A DNA stretch of 63,984 nt, filler included, from Intoshia linei (Eukaryota > Animalia > Orthonectida), in the NCBI GenBank assembly GCA_001642005.1. It is 7 parts of 7 records of this genome, joined end to end, with 100 filler letters (N's around TTAATTAATTAA, not from the genome) between each part and the next. Parts side by side here need not be neighbours in the genome. Positions count along the whole stretch, not along the records: positions 14,911 to 40,438 come from LWCA01000496.1; positions 40,539 to 51,714 come from LWCA01001197.1; 5 more parts are not named here. One strand, given 5' to 3'. The notes beneath the pieces are model-generated. The model was not told the origin of the DNA, did not search any database, and saw only the letters and a program-made list of their open reading frames with translations. Of this stretch, positions 37,440 to 51,714 are shown one piece after another; the first letter of the stretch is position 1, and each line of letters starts with the position of its first letter. The position numbers and the translations under genes are program-made.

Positions 37440-39600
37440 TGTGTTAATGCTTAACACCTCTTAAATTTCGAGAGCTCGTTTGGCAGCATTATTGACTACT
37501 AGTGCAATTCCTATGCTTGAAACATCCCGTCCTAAGTAATACTTGTGATTATCGTGTTTTTTAAAGGCAATATCTACTAATACTTTCAACGATAATGATA
37601 GTATAGTTAAATCATGCCAACATTTCCTCATTTTTACATCATTTATATATGCGTTTATAGCATTATCGGCTACCATCCAAAATGATATGTAACCATATGC
37701 AGTAAAATTCAAAAAAGATGATTGATTCAGTTCTGTCGATATTTAAAATGTATGCTTTAAGCGCATATATTATACGGGACATCCTCCGGGCCTTAGAAAT
37801 TGCACCCGGTTTCAGTAATTTCACTTTACAGCATTCTTTATAGTCGTCACGCTTCTAACTTCTAATTTTAGAGAAGGATGAAATTACATTTTCAAAATTT
37901 ATTCCATTAATTTCTAATTTTGGAGGGAGATGAAATTTATTGTATTCATTAATATCGCTGATAAATAATTTATCAATTTTCCTTACAAAACATTCGTTTA
38001 TTTCGGGTTGATTAGTGTCTCCAAATAATGTTATGTAGACAGCCGAAATAATTATTTCTAGGATATGATGTCGGCAGGGCAGTTCAAGTATTTCATGGTT
38101 TAATTCATCTTTAATATATTTGACGCTACCATTTCTATATCCAGTGTTTGCTGCAGTTGTGTCAAAACACAGACCAACAACTTTCTTATACAAATTCCAT
38201 TTACGTAGTATCTGAAAAATTGTACTAGCTGTTGTGATCCCCTTTGCACCTATTTTCTTTAATAAACCGAGAATGATTTCTTGTTTGGCTTTGGTGTCAA
38301 TTGCGACTATAGCAATTCTTTCATCTTTTCAGAATTTTTTCCATCATAATATATGACACATTTTTGAATTTTGTCAACTAATAACCTAATCATTTCAGTA
38401 TCCTTATTTCTGAAAGCAACTCTGTGTCGTCTATTGGTTTCATGAGAGGTACCCTAAAATAAATTAATTATTATGAATACATGTACCATTAGTATTGCTG
38501 CACCTCGCAAAGATATATTTCGAATCGCAAGCGCGTAATTTTGAAATATCAGTTTTTACAATAGATTCAGTATTATCAGTTTGGTTATAAATGAAAGATA
38601 ATTTTCCATATCTGCCACTTTGTCGAGACATTCTATCACATTTTTTTTTATTAAATAATTTCTGGTCTTTTTACAATTACCATTTTTATTTAAGATTTCA
38701 TTTTTATATGGATTATCGTTGACTTATCGTTGATGTCATATAGCCATTTCCATATTTTTGACATTGTAGAAAATCGATATCTTCTTGTAGGGATCTACTT
38801 TGATCCGATTTCGCAACCTTAACATATATAAAACGGATAGTTATAATTATATACAGGAAACAAAGTAGTCAATTAATTTTTAAAATCTATCGCCGTGTTT
38901 GAGTTAAGGCGTCTCATTACTGTTCGATATTTTTTGAATGTATCCTTTAACTTAACAATTATACGTTCCACAGATACGATATTTAATCCCGTTTTGTTGT
39001 ATATACCGAATATTTCATATGCAATTTTACGATAATTACATGTATTACGTTCAAATTGGAACGCCAATATACGGCATATGACATTGTTTATAGTAGGTAA
39101 TTTATGTTCATTAAAAGTAAAGTCAATAAATGTTCCAACAAATAAATCACCAATTCTTGTCATTTTAAAATTTATAAAAATTTAGATAAAATAAATTAAA
39201 ATTTTCGTGATATGTCGCAATTGATTGCAAATATACTACTATTGATGCAAAAATGGTATTATAGATTGAAAACGTCTATAAACATTATTGCATACTTGAA
39301 CACCGATAAAAACCACAAAAATCGAGCTAGAATCAAATTTTAAAAATTGAAATGTATGGTAAAGCGTGGATGTTGACACCATAAAACATAAACCATGACA
39401 ACATACCGCAATGTTGTTTTTGGAAAAAATAAAGTTAAATTTAAATTTTTTTATACGATTTTCAAAAGAATATTTAAAATGATGAGCGCAACTCGAATGG
39501 GCATCTTTGCAACACCCCATTTTAGATTATTTTATATATCATGATAATACACCATTTCCGCACTAATCGCCCTTAATTCTTTGATGGGTGTGACACCCTA
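37440..39600 (-). mobile_element. Degenerate hAT-superfamily (hATm-like) transposon with fragmented transposase
   Basis: Fragments LPTINNVICRI, GLCFDTTAANTGYRNGSV...LELPCRHHILEII and VVNNAAKRAL in separate frames with stops. Terminal TAGGGTGTCA on the minus strand at 39600; related TAGGGTG ends near 6120, 11603, 14025, 40038, 49550 and 60180. Confidence 0.7.
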
Positions 39601-40538
39601 GTGTACAGTGTACATACAAAATGTACATGTAATTTCTTAACAAAGAAATATAACTACAACTGTAATATAGAATACAACAATGATTAATTGATTGATTTGT
39701 ATCCATATAAATTTAAATATCAATTTTGTAAACAAACAACCGAATTTTGATTAATTTTAATTTCTAATGAAATAAATCAACTATGAGTTTGATTAAATCA
39801 GTAAATTCAAAAAATTTATCAAAAATACAAATAAATATGGAAAAAAAAATGAAAAATGAAATTTCAATAATGCGTGATATACATTTAAAAGTTTTTTTTG
39901 AAAACAATTATAATAATATTTGATTAGCATAGAAGAAAGCAATTGATAAAACTACTGCAAAAGGATGAAGAGCATTATAATAAACGTTTGAATTGTAGAG
40001 GAAGAGAAATTTACTACAATTAAACTTTTACTACTATTAGGGTGTTAACTTTTTCACAAAACAAAAAATACAGGGTCATACATGATGAGAAATGTAAGTA
40101 TATTTATGATTGTTATGTTGTTAAAGTATAATTTTTCAGAAAGTCAGGCCCACGTCGACAAAATAGTTTCCTAAAATATATATAATATATTTTTTGTAAC
40201 CTTGTCATTTAGTTTATTTTTATTGTACAGGCTAATTCCTCGTTAATAAAATTCCTTTATAACTGAATTCCTCATTAACGGAAAAAAATTCCTGATGAAC
40301 GGACTGTGAATTTTTCACAAGTACAAAAATTTCGTTAAATTTTAATTTAAAATTATATCATAATTTTTAAAAACATCAGACTACTCGACGGAAACAGTTT
40401 TCATAAATCTCAATTTATTATTAATTCAACTTATATATNNNNNNNNNNNNNNNNNNNNNNNNNNNNNNNNNNNNNNNNNNNNTTAATTAATTAANNNNNN
40501 NNNNNNNNNNNNNNNNNNNNNNNNNNNNNNNNNNNNNN

Positions 40539-41270
40539 GAAGTTTTAAAGGGTATGATCCACCTGTATATTATACTTCATCTAAATCGAGTTAGGTTTGT
40601 AGAGATATCGTCATTGATTGGTTTTATAATCACTTTGTACCTGGACTCTAGGGCTCATTGTACATCCATGAAACTAAATACAATAAATTGTGAAATTCTA
40701 TTTTTGATGGACCGATGCCATGAACATCCACCGGTTCAATTTCTAATGTCGGATAATGTTGCAGTATTGTATACGCCTCCTAATACAACTTTAGGACCAA
40801 GGCATTATTAGATCATTTAAATGTCGCTATAACCAAAATTTTAACAAAACTATGGTATCTTGGCGTGTGATTGGATCTCTTAATAATTACACGCTTCGAA
40901 TGTGCATAGACAATGCATTCAAATCATGGCATGAAGTACATCATAATGTATTCACACAAGCCTGGGTAAATATTCAAGGTTTAAAAAAACCATCCAAATG
41001 TCAAATATTACAAATGATACAATCAATAATGAAGATATTTTAGCCAGTTTAACAAAATTGGATATTAACATTTACAAAAATGATCTACACCGTTATATAC
41101 TGATATAACTCATAACATTGAAATATCTGATGAATTTTCCGACATTGAATCAAAGGAGGATACATTAATACATGAATCAATACAATATCTAATAAACAAA
41201 TTAAAAATATCAGCTGCGTCCTGCAGCAAATATAAAAAAATTATTAGAAATTCGAAAAAACTTGTATAAT
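40539..41270 (+). mobile_element. pogo/Tigger (DDE_1) transposase remnant
   Basis: ILFLMDRCHEHP...VAVLYTPPNTT followed by frameshifted GIIRSFKCRYN. Confidence 0.65.
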
Positions 41271-41779
41271 AATTAAATTGATTTAGTTTGTGGTTTTAAT
41301 TTCGATTTCATAAATCTTTCACTTTTCTCATATCATTTTCGTTGGAATTAATGTTCAAACTCTTAAAGCCATCTCATTTCTTATTTATGGGTTATTAAAA
41401 CTTTCGCTTTAAATGTTTTTTTAAAAAATATTTCAATGACTTATCAAATAGAAAAAACTTATATACTTTGTACAAACCGCACCTAGCTCTAAATTAATCA
41501 ATTTCCGAAAACAATTTTCATAAGACTACATTCTATCTTAAAAATATGATCTACTTTTTAACAATAATATTTATATTAAATAATCAAAGCAAATGATTCT
41601 ATCATAAAATATTGAAACAACAATCACTATGCAGATATTATGTTTCGTTAGTAGATAATTACTATTTTATTTTTATTATCTACTAACGAAACATGACTGT
41701 AATTTAATTAAATTTGAAAGTAATTTTATACCTATTTATAGTATGTTAAACCAATTTATACTATATTAATGCTAAAAAA

Positions 41780-42900
41780 AAAAAATGGAAAAACGATTAT
41801 AGTCAGTTCAGTTTTACACTGAGAGTGATAGATAAAGCTGATAGGCCACAATGTATTTTATGCAATACTTTATTTGCAAATTTATGTTTAAAACCAAAAT
41901 TAAATGAACGTTTTAATCGTAAACATGGTGGAATTGGTATATCAGATAACTTAAAATTAAAAAGAAGTCTTTGATAACTGAGGGCGCCTTTCTAAATTTG
42001 GTTTTGTTTCAATCAAAAATGATCACATTTTGGCTCTTACAAGGTTGATTTTAGACTGACCAAATCAAAAAAACCTCACACTCTTGCAGAAGAGCTTATT
42101 AAACCGTGTGACTAGAAATGGCTGAAATTGTTTTGGGTAATAACGCCGTAGATAAGCTTAAACAAATATCATTATCAAATGATACAATAAGTAGCAGAAT
42201 TTGTCATACTAGTAGAGACATACTGGATCAACTTATTGATGATATCAAGTCTTCTCCTCTAACAATATCCATTCAATTGGATGAGTCTACGGATGTGGCC
42301 AATTGTACTCAACTTATTTCATTTTTGAGATATGTAAAAGAAAAAAATGTTGTTAAAGATTTTTTATTTTATGAACCCCTCAAATAAACATGTACAGCAA
42401 AAAATATATTTGATTTAGTAAAAATTTTTTTTATAAGCAATAATATCAATTTAATCAAAATTGGTTCAATTTTTACGGATGGAGCTCCTGTTATGTTGAG
42501 TGCTCATTCTGGATTTGCTGCATTACTTGAAAATAAATTAAAAATGAATATAAAGGTTACACACTGTCTTATACACCAATAAGTTCTAGTATCAAAAACA
42601 TTAATCATGAATTTAAAGATAGTTTTACAATTCTGTCAATTGTAAACTTTATACGATCCCTAGCCTTAAATCATCAATTATTTCAGTTAATATGTGATGA
42701 TTATAATAGCGAACATTCAATTCTTCTTTTTCATACTGAAATAAGAAGGCTATCAAAGGGTAGAGTATTGAATATATTTTATGAACTCAGAGAATAGATA
42801 AATTACTTTCGACGAAATCGTAAATCTGACCTATCAATACCATTTGAATCTGTGGAATTCTTACAGATGGTGGCTTATATAGCAGATATTTTCGAAATTA
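41780..42900 (+). mobile_element. Buster/ZBED-type hAT transposase pseudogene
   Basis: RPQCILCN, KKPHTLAEELIKPC, LKQISLSNDTISSRI, IQLDESTDVAN, TDGAPVML, THCLIHQ and LLFHTEIRRLSKGRVL, with stops and frameshifts. Confidence 0.85.
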
Positions 42901-43079
42901 TATATTATTACATATCGAGATATCACTGTATTTGATTCATAACTTTTTTCAAAAATAATTTTTGAGGGTTGCAACATCAACCACAAATGTTGTAAAAATT
43001 ACAAAATTGGTGTAAAAAAATTACATGTTACGATTCCATTATGTGGATTAATAAATCTTGGATTAATGTAACAATAAAA

Positions 43080-43519
43080 TAATATAATAACAATATAATG
43101 GATGACGAGTCATTTTTTGTAAGTGGGTGTTATACCTAGAACAAAAGATAGTTTCTCAAAAAAGAAAAATCTTATTGTTCATAGATAACTGCCCAGCCCA
43201 CTGCAGTGATTATGTTAATAAAACATTGGTATGCTTGGAAAATGTGAAAATTGAGTTTCTGCCTAAAAACACTACCAGTATTACTCAACCATTGGATGCC
43301 GAAGTAATTAAATGTGTTAAACAGTCATACAGAAAGAGCTTAGTGCAATTAATTATCACGGAAATAGACGAAAACAATGTACCCGGAATCAGAGATATAA
43401 GTTTAATTGAAGCAATACGCATTATATCCTGTTGGTATTCACTCGATAATCAAACCATACAAAATTGTTTTAGAAAATGTAATTTTTTTAAAACACCTTC
43501 AAATAAAAATAATATGTAA
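43080..43519 (+). mobile_element. pogo/Tigger (DDE_1) transposase remnant
   Basis: KRKILLFIDNCPAH...KIEFLPKNTTSITQPLDAEVIKCVKQSYRK...TIQNCFRKC. Confidence 0.85.
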
Positions 43520-44446
43520 TATTTTGTTTTACCATATAAAAATATTTTATATATAAAATCTTTAGATTCAAATTCAACGTATGTAATGCTAACGTAAATT
43601 ATATGTACAATAGTTTTAAAGCAAAAACGCAATGCTATTTAAAATTGAAAAATTATCTGAATTTAGATCAAGTTTTGCAAACAATGTTCTTGAACGAATA
43701 TTTTGTATATTTACTAAAGAAAACGAAGATGATAAAGGTATAATTGTTTCTTTTATATATTTTACTTTTTATTATTCTAGCTGCAAAGGAGAATAATGTT
43801 ATAACCTATAATTTATCTGAAATAGATCAAGACATTGAAATTTGTGATAAATTTTACAGGAGATTATTATAAAACAAATGTGTCGCAAGACATATTTCAA
43901 AATTTGCGGATACTCAAAATTTTATGTTGAATAATCACAATAATTAAATATTATTTTGTGTACATAAAGACTGGTTATGTATTATTTTTAAAATATAATA
44001 ATAAAGATCATAATATTAACGTTTAATTTTTCTATTACAACACTAAAAAAATGTTATGAATAGCATCTACTGTAATTTATTTCCTATTTCCATCAAAAAT
44101 AAAAAACATTAATTTTATATTTTATGTATTGAGATAATATCTAGATCTGGCCTTTGTGATAACGACCTAAATTATGAATTACGTATTTGTAAACAAAAAA
44201 TAGAGAAAGAAGTGTTTGAAATCTAGAAACGAATATAAAAATGATAAAGTTAAATTACTTCTAGTAATTCATTGTTGTAGTTTTAATTTAAATTTTAGAC
44301 AAAATGTTGAAAATGACAAATTGAGATTAAAAAATTGTGTAGCGATGAAAAAAAATCGAAAGGAATGAATTATATAGATTTTCACCCATATTGATTTATT
44401 GGAAATGTGTAGACGTTCAATACACATTTTTTTTGAAGTTCTAGGA

Positions 44447-45014
44447 CAGTGATGAGCAAAGTGTCCTACTCAGTAAGACTAGACACTTCAAACTAACTTT
44501 GTCCCACCGAGAACTTTCACTTATTGTTTCAAATTTATTTTTACAAGTTGTAGAAAATTTTTATCGCTCAAAATTATTTTGTTTTCTTTTTCAAATTTTC
44601 AAAACAGTTTTTTCATTTTCAAAATTGAAATTCATAGAGAAAAGAACGTTTTTCAACGACGAATGGACAAAAAAATACGGGGTGGTTAATCAAAACGACA
44701 AAGCTTTATGCATAATAGATTATTGTATGCAAACTCTCGTACGAGACTCGTACGTCATTAAAAGACACTTTCAAAATTCACATCACATTACAGAATCTGA
44801 TGAGGTGATTGATCGATAAGTCAAAATTTATTTTGACGAACTCAACTCTACCATTAATTTACAAGTAGAAGAAGAAAAAAATTGGAAACGTATCTGCACC
44901 TTTCTCTTCCCATTGCCCAAAACCTCAGGCCGTTTTAGGACGGAATTTATTTATTTCAAATTGTAAATATATAAAATTTCAACTTTTCAAAGATAAAAAG
45001 TTTGCTCATCACTG
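44447..45014 (+). mobile_element. Internally deleted hAT element (SPIN/GTF2IRD2-like N-terminus) nested in a Helitron-like copy
   Basis: Perfect 14-bp TIRs CAGTGATGAGCAAA / TTTGCTCATCACTG; TSD TTCTAGGA / TTCTAGAA; peptide KRTFFNDEWTKKY...KALCII..C...IKRHFQNSH is BED-finger-like. Confidence 0.8.
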
Positions 45015-45824
45015 TTCTAGAATCAATATTTACATTTTCAATTTTTATTTTAATCGAAATATTTGAAAAATATTGGTTGATAATACATTACAAATTATTT
45101 TTCACCGGGAATGCGTAGATTTGTGGTGTTGAAATTGATTTATATGATTGATATATTAATTTTTGATAAACTGTTTTAAAATATTAATTTCTTTTTATTT
45201 AGAGGAACTTGGAGGTCAAAAACCACACAGTAAGTTTTATAAAATCTTTATTTATTAACTATTTCATTTTAAAATAATATCATTAAGTAAAAAATTTCAA
45301 CTTAAATTTTATAACTCTTTATAATCATATTTTATATGGGTGTTTATAGGGAGTTTGCACTGTATTTAATTTACTTAAAGTTTTATTTAGATATGAGACC
45401 GAATATGGTCACGAGTAATTTTGAAATTACTGTTAATATATAACTTAATATTATGAATTTTATATTATAAATATTTATGAATTTAGTTTAATTGTTATTT
45501 TATTAATTACGTATTTATTATCATACTATATTAACATTTTAACATTAATTAATGTAATGTTTAGACGAAGGGAACGAGCTAAGTAATTATTATTTGAATT
45601 GTGAATAATTCATTTTGATTTATATAAAATTATTTCAAAATTTATTAACACTCAAACACTCAGACATTTTTATTTTAAATTTATTTTTATGATGTCATAA
45701 TTTTCACACTAATCTGAAATAATGTATAAGAAAATTCATTTAAGTAATTAGCGTCAATTTGAAGTGTATATTTAGTTCATGAATGTGAGTGTTAAAAAAT
45801 TTACAACACTCAACTCTTATAATA

Positions 45825-47145
45825 CACTCCGTCATATAATTATAACACTATCATTTTGTTAATAACAATTATATTTGTAAATCAAAATTTATGAAAATTG
45901 GCATGTTGGACATGCACAATGTAAGGTTTGTCATATTAAAAAAAATAATTGAAAAAAAACAAAATTAACTAAAGTTTTTTAATAAAAACGTTAAAAATAC
46001 AAAAACACGAGTGTCCATAAATTATAACAACATTTTGAAAAATCCGATTTTTAATTGTATTAATTAATAATAATTTTATAACAATTTAATTAGAACATGG
46101 GTAGAAGTTGCAAATTAAGTGATAATGAAAAAAATTCATTTTAGGTGCTCTAAAAGAATAAATATATCAAAATCTTCCGTTTACAATGTTATAAAGTCAA
46201 ACCAAAATATCATCCTTGTTAAAATTAAACCAAAGCCCAAATTACTAGCAAGACACAAGGACTCTAGAGTAAAGTGGGCGAAAAATTATCTGAAGAGTAA
46301 TATAGATTCTGAAAATATCATTTGGACTGATAAAAAAAAGTTAAATCTAGATGGTCCCCGATTACTACAATTATTACTGGCATAACTTACGCCAGAAAAG
46401 GTCAGTAGAAGATTTGGTGGAGGTGGTGTTATAATATGGGGAGCTTTCTGAAGTGGTGGTATAAAATGTGTTGTCAAAGTAGATGGTAATATAAACTCTA
46501 TCAAGTACCAAACAGTTATAGAGCATAACCACATACCTCTCCTTCATCACAACGAAAATTTAAAAAAAAATTTGATCTATCAACCAGATAATGCGAGTTG
46601 TCACAAATCTAGGTCGACAAAATTATTTTTAAATGATCATTTTTTTAATATTATGAACTGGCCTGCTATGTCTCCAGATCTCAACTCTATAGAAAATATT
46701 TGGAATATAATGGTTTGATGTCTCTATGGTGGAAATCAACAATATAACAATATTAATGAACTAAAAAAAGCCGTAATGGATTCATGAGAGGACATTTTGG
46801 ATGAAACGTTTTTAAAACTATCAGATTCTGTAAAAAATCGTGCAATCGAAGTATTAAAGGTTGAAATAAAGTCAATTAATTATTGAAAGAAATATTCATG
46901 TAGCATATATGGTCATTATAATTAATAAACAGCTGTGTTGTTATAATTTATGGACACTCGTGTTTTTGTATTTTTAACATTTTTATTAAAAAACTTTAGT
47001 TAATTTTGTTTTTTTTCAATTATTTTTTTTAATATGACAACCTTACATTGTGCATGTCCAGCATACCAATTTTTATAAATTTTGATCTACAAATATAATT
47101 GTTATTAACAAAATGATAGTGTTGTTATAATTATTGGACGGAGTG
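45825..47145 (+). mobile_element. Tc1/Tc3-like DD34E transposon, full length but with inactivated transposase
   Basis: About 210-bp TIRs starting CACTCCGTC and ending GACGGAGTG, flanked by TA, with an inner and outer AATTATAACA repeat (IR/DR type). Peptides IIWTDKKKLNLDGP, GGGGVIIWGAF, YQPDNASCH and WPAMSPDLNSIENIW contain stops and frameshifts. Confidence 0.92.
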
Positions 47146-47709
47146 TACATTAATTTAGATTTAAAAGGCTTCAAAAGAAATTCCTTAACAAGTAAATTAA
47201 ATTAAATGTAAATAAATATTGATAGTATATTATTTGACATGTTTTTAAATAGTTAAGTTAATTATTATCATCACCTGGAAAAAAATAAATAACAATTATA
47301 CAATGTACGGTAATACATTTTTGGTAGTCTTATTTTAATGGATTCGTAAAAGTGATTAGAACCATAATAAATTTAATTTTTAATGTTAAAATTAAAATGT
47401 CCACTCTCGGCAGAGCTAAGTGCTGTTTGTACATAGTACAAACCAGCCAAGCTAGTATAAATATAAAATATACCGAAGTGAATTTGTTATTCAAATAGGA
47501 TGACATCTCTATCTAAAGAAATTTATTTATTATTTGTTAATACATAGATGTGGTCTATAAATAAAGACATAGCGAATCGCTATGATTCTAACAAGGTGCA
47601 ATAAATGTTTAAATATTACCGTTCAAATGTGTTTCAATTTTGCTGATATCAATAAATATACATCATAAAGTTAACTTGATATTTATTTTTTTTGATTAAT
47701 CCACAGTAA

Positions 47710-50131
47710 CAGAGTTGCCAGAAAATAAAGCTGAACGGTTGTGCGTTTTAAGAATACGTTTAAATGTACTTCACCTTTTGTAAGAATGCTGCCATAAATT
47801 ATGCAAATATATTATTTATTTTTACATAAATGTTAATCTGTTAAACTAATGCTACCAGAACGTACGTTTTAGGTAGCACTGATAAAAACGTACTAAAAAT
47901 TTAAGTTTATTATAAACTCTAATAATTTTAAAATGTAATACGCTATGGTATTTTCAATTAATAAATTTATAAAATTTTGATTATACTGTCATTTTGCATA
48001 TTTATTTTTATTTATAAAATGCCAAAAAATAGTTATAGTTTTCAAAAAGCTTGGATTACTGAATATAAATTTATGAATTGGACAATGAACGTGCAAAATG
48101 TCAACTCTGCAATAAATCCATTAAATTTACACAGAATAGAACTTCTGTAATCAGGAATCATTTTATAAAAGGTCATATTTACTATAAAATTTTCTGGGTA
48201 GAATGAGAAATTGTAACAATACGATTCACGAATAAATAAATTGACTGTAACTTAAAAAGGATATGAAAAAGTGAAAACATCAAGTGGAAACTAAACAAAA
48301 TATATTTAACATTATTTACAAAAACTAAAAATTACAAATGGAAATTTAGTCACTGTCTGAATAAGCTCCAATGAGAGATTGTTTTGTTAAAATTTCATTT
48401 ATTGAACTGTCAGTTTTTCCTTTTTTAATGATACCTTGAAAATACGAAGGAACTTTTTTTTGATCTTAACTTAGCTTTTTGTATAGGTTCATCACAATTA
48501 CTATCCTTACTACTCTCACTAATTGATCTTAATCTAACATTATTTCTTATTTCACCTAATTCTTTTATCAATTCTGTTTCCTCATCGATTTGAGTATTTT
48601 GAGTTTCAGGGATTTCAATCATCAGCAGTCAAATTAGAATTTTGGCAACTTCGTTCCATTAAATTCTTCAATGTTTAACCATAATTTCCATTTCTTGTTT
48701 AGATTGTTTCATTCTATTTTCCATTATAGCCATTGGGTTATTTTCGTTTTCTAAAGCCTCTTTCTCCAATTGATCTTTTTCTGCAATCCAAGCTAATCGA
48801 CTTGCTTCATAGCATCGTTTTGCCCCAGCTTCCATTTCATAATCGCCATGTTCCAAGTCTGTTCTAAACACAATCTCGCTTAGGCATTGTGGACATCGTA
48901 TGTAGAATCGAAACAATAAGAGTCTCAAATAGGTTTTGTCTTCAACCTTTGTTTTTTTTCGCCTTTGGAATGATTGTTCCGCATGTATGTAATGTTTAGA
49001 TAAGAAATATTCTGAAATATAAATTCTATATACAATTTTAAGTCGATAATATAATAAAATGATATACGGTTACTAAAGTTACATTTATTGTAACTAAATA
49101 AACATTTACAATGAATATTACAGTGTCTTCTATCATTAGAGTCAAATTTTCAACACGTTACAAAAAGTGTCTACATTTATTAACCCCATAAAATATTGTT
49201 TAAACACCAAAACAAAATAATAATAACTACAATTTTTAAAGTTTTTTTTTGATGTTATAGAATATAGTTGTACATGATTTAGCTCAACACGATATATTAA
49301 CATATCCAAATTTTTTTAATTGTTCTTCGCAAACGAAGCAGGAATTTAAGTTTTTGTATGATAAAATTAAGAAAAACATGGAAATAAAATTAAATTTAGC
49401 TATTTTTTGTTAATTAGTTAATTGAGCAATGCAACGTCGTTACTGATTTTTTTGAAAAACTGTTTTTAACATCGTAATCTGCATTCAAAAATACACCCCA
49501 CCTAGCTACTTAGTCTTTCAAATTATCAAAATTTAAAAACGATGTGACACCCTACGGTACATTTTTTTTTGCTGAAATACTGGAATGAATTAATCATTAA
49601 TTTAGTTTCAATAGTTGAAAATTTTGTGTTATATATTTGTTGAAATTTAAATTTAATTTGAATTTTTACATATACATTATGTTAGCGGAAATTCCATTTT
49701 AACGGAATTTTGAATTATTTATTTTTTCTTAACCAATTTATATAAACCAAAAATTCCGATAATTTTAAAAATTTTATTTCTAAAGCTCTAGAATCCATTT
49801 TTAATGACTATCATAAATATAAACCAATTTTTTTACTAATTAGAAGTCATATTTTAAGATACATTATAACATTTTCTGATGAAAATATTGAGAAACATTA
49901 AAAAAATTGAGGTGATAAAGCGTTAAAATCACAAAATAAATAAAAATTGTTAACGTAAAACTGAAAAGTTAATTTAATTTTTAATTTAATTGATCAAAAT
50001 ATAAATGTTTCCATGATTAAATTATTCACTTGCATCATGAAAGTTATGGAATGTCTAATTCAAATGTACACTTGTAAAATTCGTTCGTAACCATTAGAAA
50101 TACGCGAATATCGCACTTTCTGGCAACTCTG
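47710..50131 (+). mobile_element. Putative hAT-type element delimited by 15-bp TIRs, with a BED-finger remnant at about 48019-48180
   Basis: Perfect CAGAGTTGCCAGAAA / TTTCTGGCAACTCTG; peptides MPKNSYSFQKAWITEY and frameshifted ERAKCQLCNKSIKF...IRNHF..GH. No clear TSD. Confidence 0.5.
48346..48990 (-). pseudogene. YJU2: Splicing factor YJU2/CCDC94 (CWC16), 5'-truncated and frameshifted
   Basis: TCGTIIPKAKK, YLRLLLFRFYIRCPQCLSEIVFRTDLEHGDYEMEAGAKR, NNPMAIMENRMKQSKQEME and C-terminal LIGAYSDSD* match YJU2. These lie in different frames, with shifts near 48950, 48670-48620 and 48455. The conserved MSERK..NKYYPPDF start was not found. Confidence 0.8.
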
Positions 50132-50239
50132 CCACCGGGTGCAATACACATATTTAAAATAATGCTATAAAAAATGCCTCTGAAATAATGCCTGTCGACT
50201 TGAAAAAAATTATTATACAGATTTATTTATATTTTTATA

Positions 50240-51050
50240 GCTACACTTCCAGAACCACCACATTAAAAAAAATATGCACTGACATGGAATAGAAAACAAA
50301 TTATTATTGGGATATAGTTCAACGAGATGGCTAGCGCTAGATCCTTCTATTGATCGTATATTATACATGTTTAAAGTTTTAAAAAATATTTTGATGTAAA
50401 TAATACTTCCACAAAACTGAAAAATTTTTTTAACAATAAATATTTATTGTTTTGGATGATATTTTTAAGCAACACTGCGGATGTAATACAGAAATCACTT
50501 ATGAAAGTTGAGGGAGATGAGGTTTTGTATTTATTTGTACATATTATATAGTATGTAGAATTCGGATTTAAGTCATTATGTTATTTAAGGAAATTGATTT
50601 TTTTATTCATAATGCCAAATGTAGATTTTATTACATCTCATTGTATTATAATATTATCCGGATTTAATGACAATGAGGAAATATTTGTAAGATCAAAAAT
50701 TTGTTTTTTCTACCATAAATTGGTAACTTATCTAATAAAATGGACACTACAAACACAAACATTGTCTCCTTTATATTAGGTCATAGATAGATCACGTTTT
50801 ACATGAATAAATATAGAAAAATGTGTTCAAATCTATAATAATATAAAAAAATTTAACCAAATTAACCGGGACAATCTTTTCAACGAATTTTCTATAATAG
50901 ATTTATCTATAAAAAATGCTACCAATACTATAGCTTGGAAGGTGTTTTGTAATATGTTAGAGGGTATTGAATTTAAAAAAGTAATACCATTTTACTATTC
51001 ATTGAATCCTTCCAATCCGTACGTATAACGAATATTCAGTATTATAAACA
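50240..51050 (+). mobile_element. hAT transposase C-terminal remnant
   Basis: YSSTRWLALDPSIDRILYMF, FWMIFLSN...KVEGD, DNLFNEF and LLSLNPSNPYV*RIFS; cut at 51053 by a Helitron-like 3' end. Confidence 0.7.
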
Positions 51051-51052
51051 AA

Positions 51053-51714
51053 CTAGGTTGACTGTTATGTACTACGTACAAACAGGACCTAGCTCTGCCG
51101 AGGGCAAATTTTTATTATACTGAAAAAATAAATTTACGTTGAAAATTTAACTTAAAAATCATACTATTCACTATTATCAATCCTTTAAATGAGTGGTTCC
51201 CAAATTAGTTTCAGTTGGAACCATCATATCACATTACTTTTTACTTTAATGTGAATTATTCCATCTTAATTTTTTGTTTGTTAACATTTGGTTAAAGAAT
51301 TTTAAAAAAGATTTTATCGCATTTTTTTAATTTATTAGAGAGAATGTGTGTATAAATTAAAAATAAACTAAAAACAGTCTAATCTTAAAAATTGTGATAA
51401 ATAGCATAAATTCCAGAAAAAATAAAATTATAAAAATCTATTTTATCATTTTCAATGTGATGATATATATTCATTACCAATTTAATAAATACTTAAAAAT
51501 ACCCATTATGTATCAATAATTAACCGAATCTTCACTTTATAAATATGTTTTAGTTTTTTTTAATAAAATATTTGGAAAAAAAAATATAAATACTATAATG
51601 CTTTTTTGACCGTAAAGTCGTCACTTATTTTGATTGAAATTTTCTGTGTGTGGTAACAGTATACAACTGTACAACCTGTAAATTTTTTGAAATTCTAGGG
51701 CTGTTTTCATTAAA
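51053..51714 (-). mobile_element. Helitron-like element 3' part
   Basis: Reverse complement of parts of 12185-13578; begins with CTAG and the terminal hairpin block GTACTACGTACAAACAGGACCTAGCTCTGCCGAG. Confidence 0.7.
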
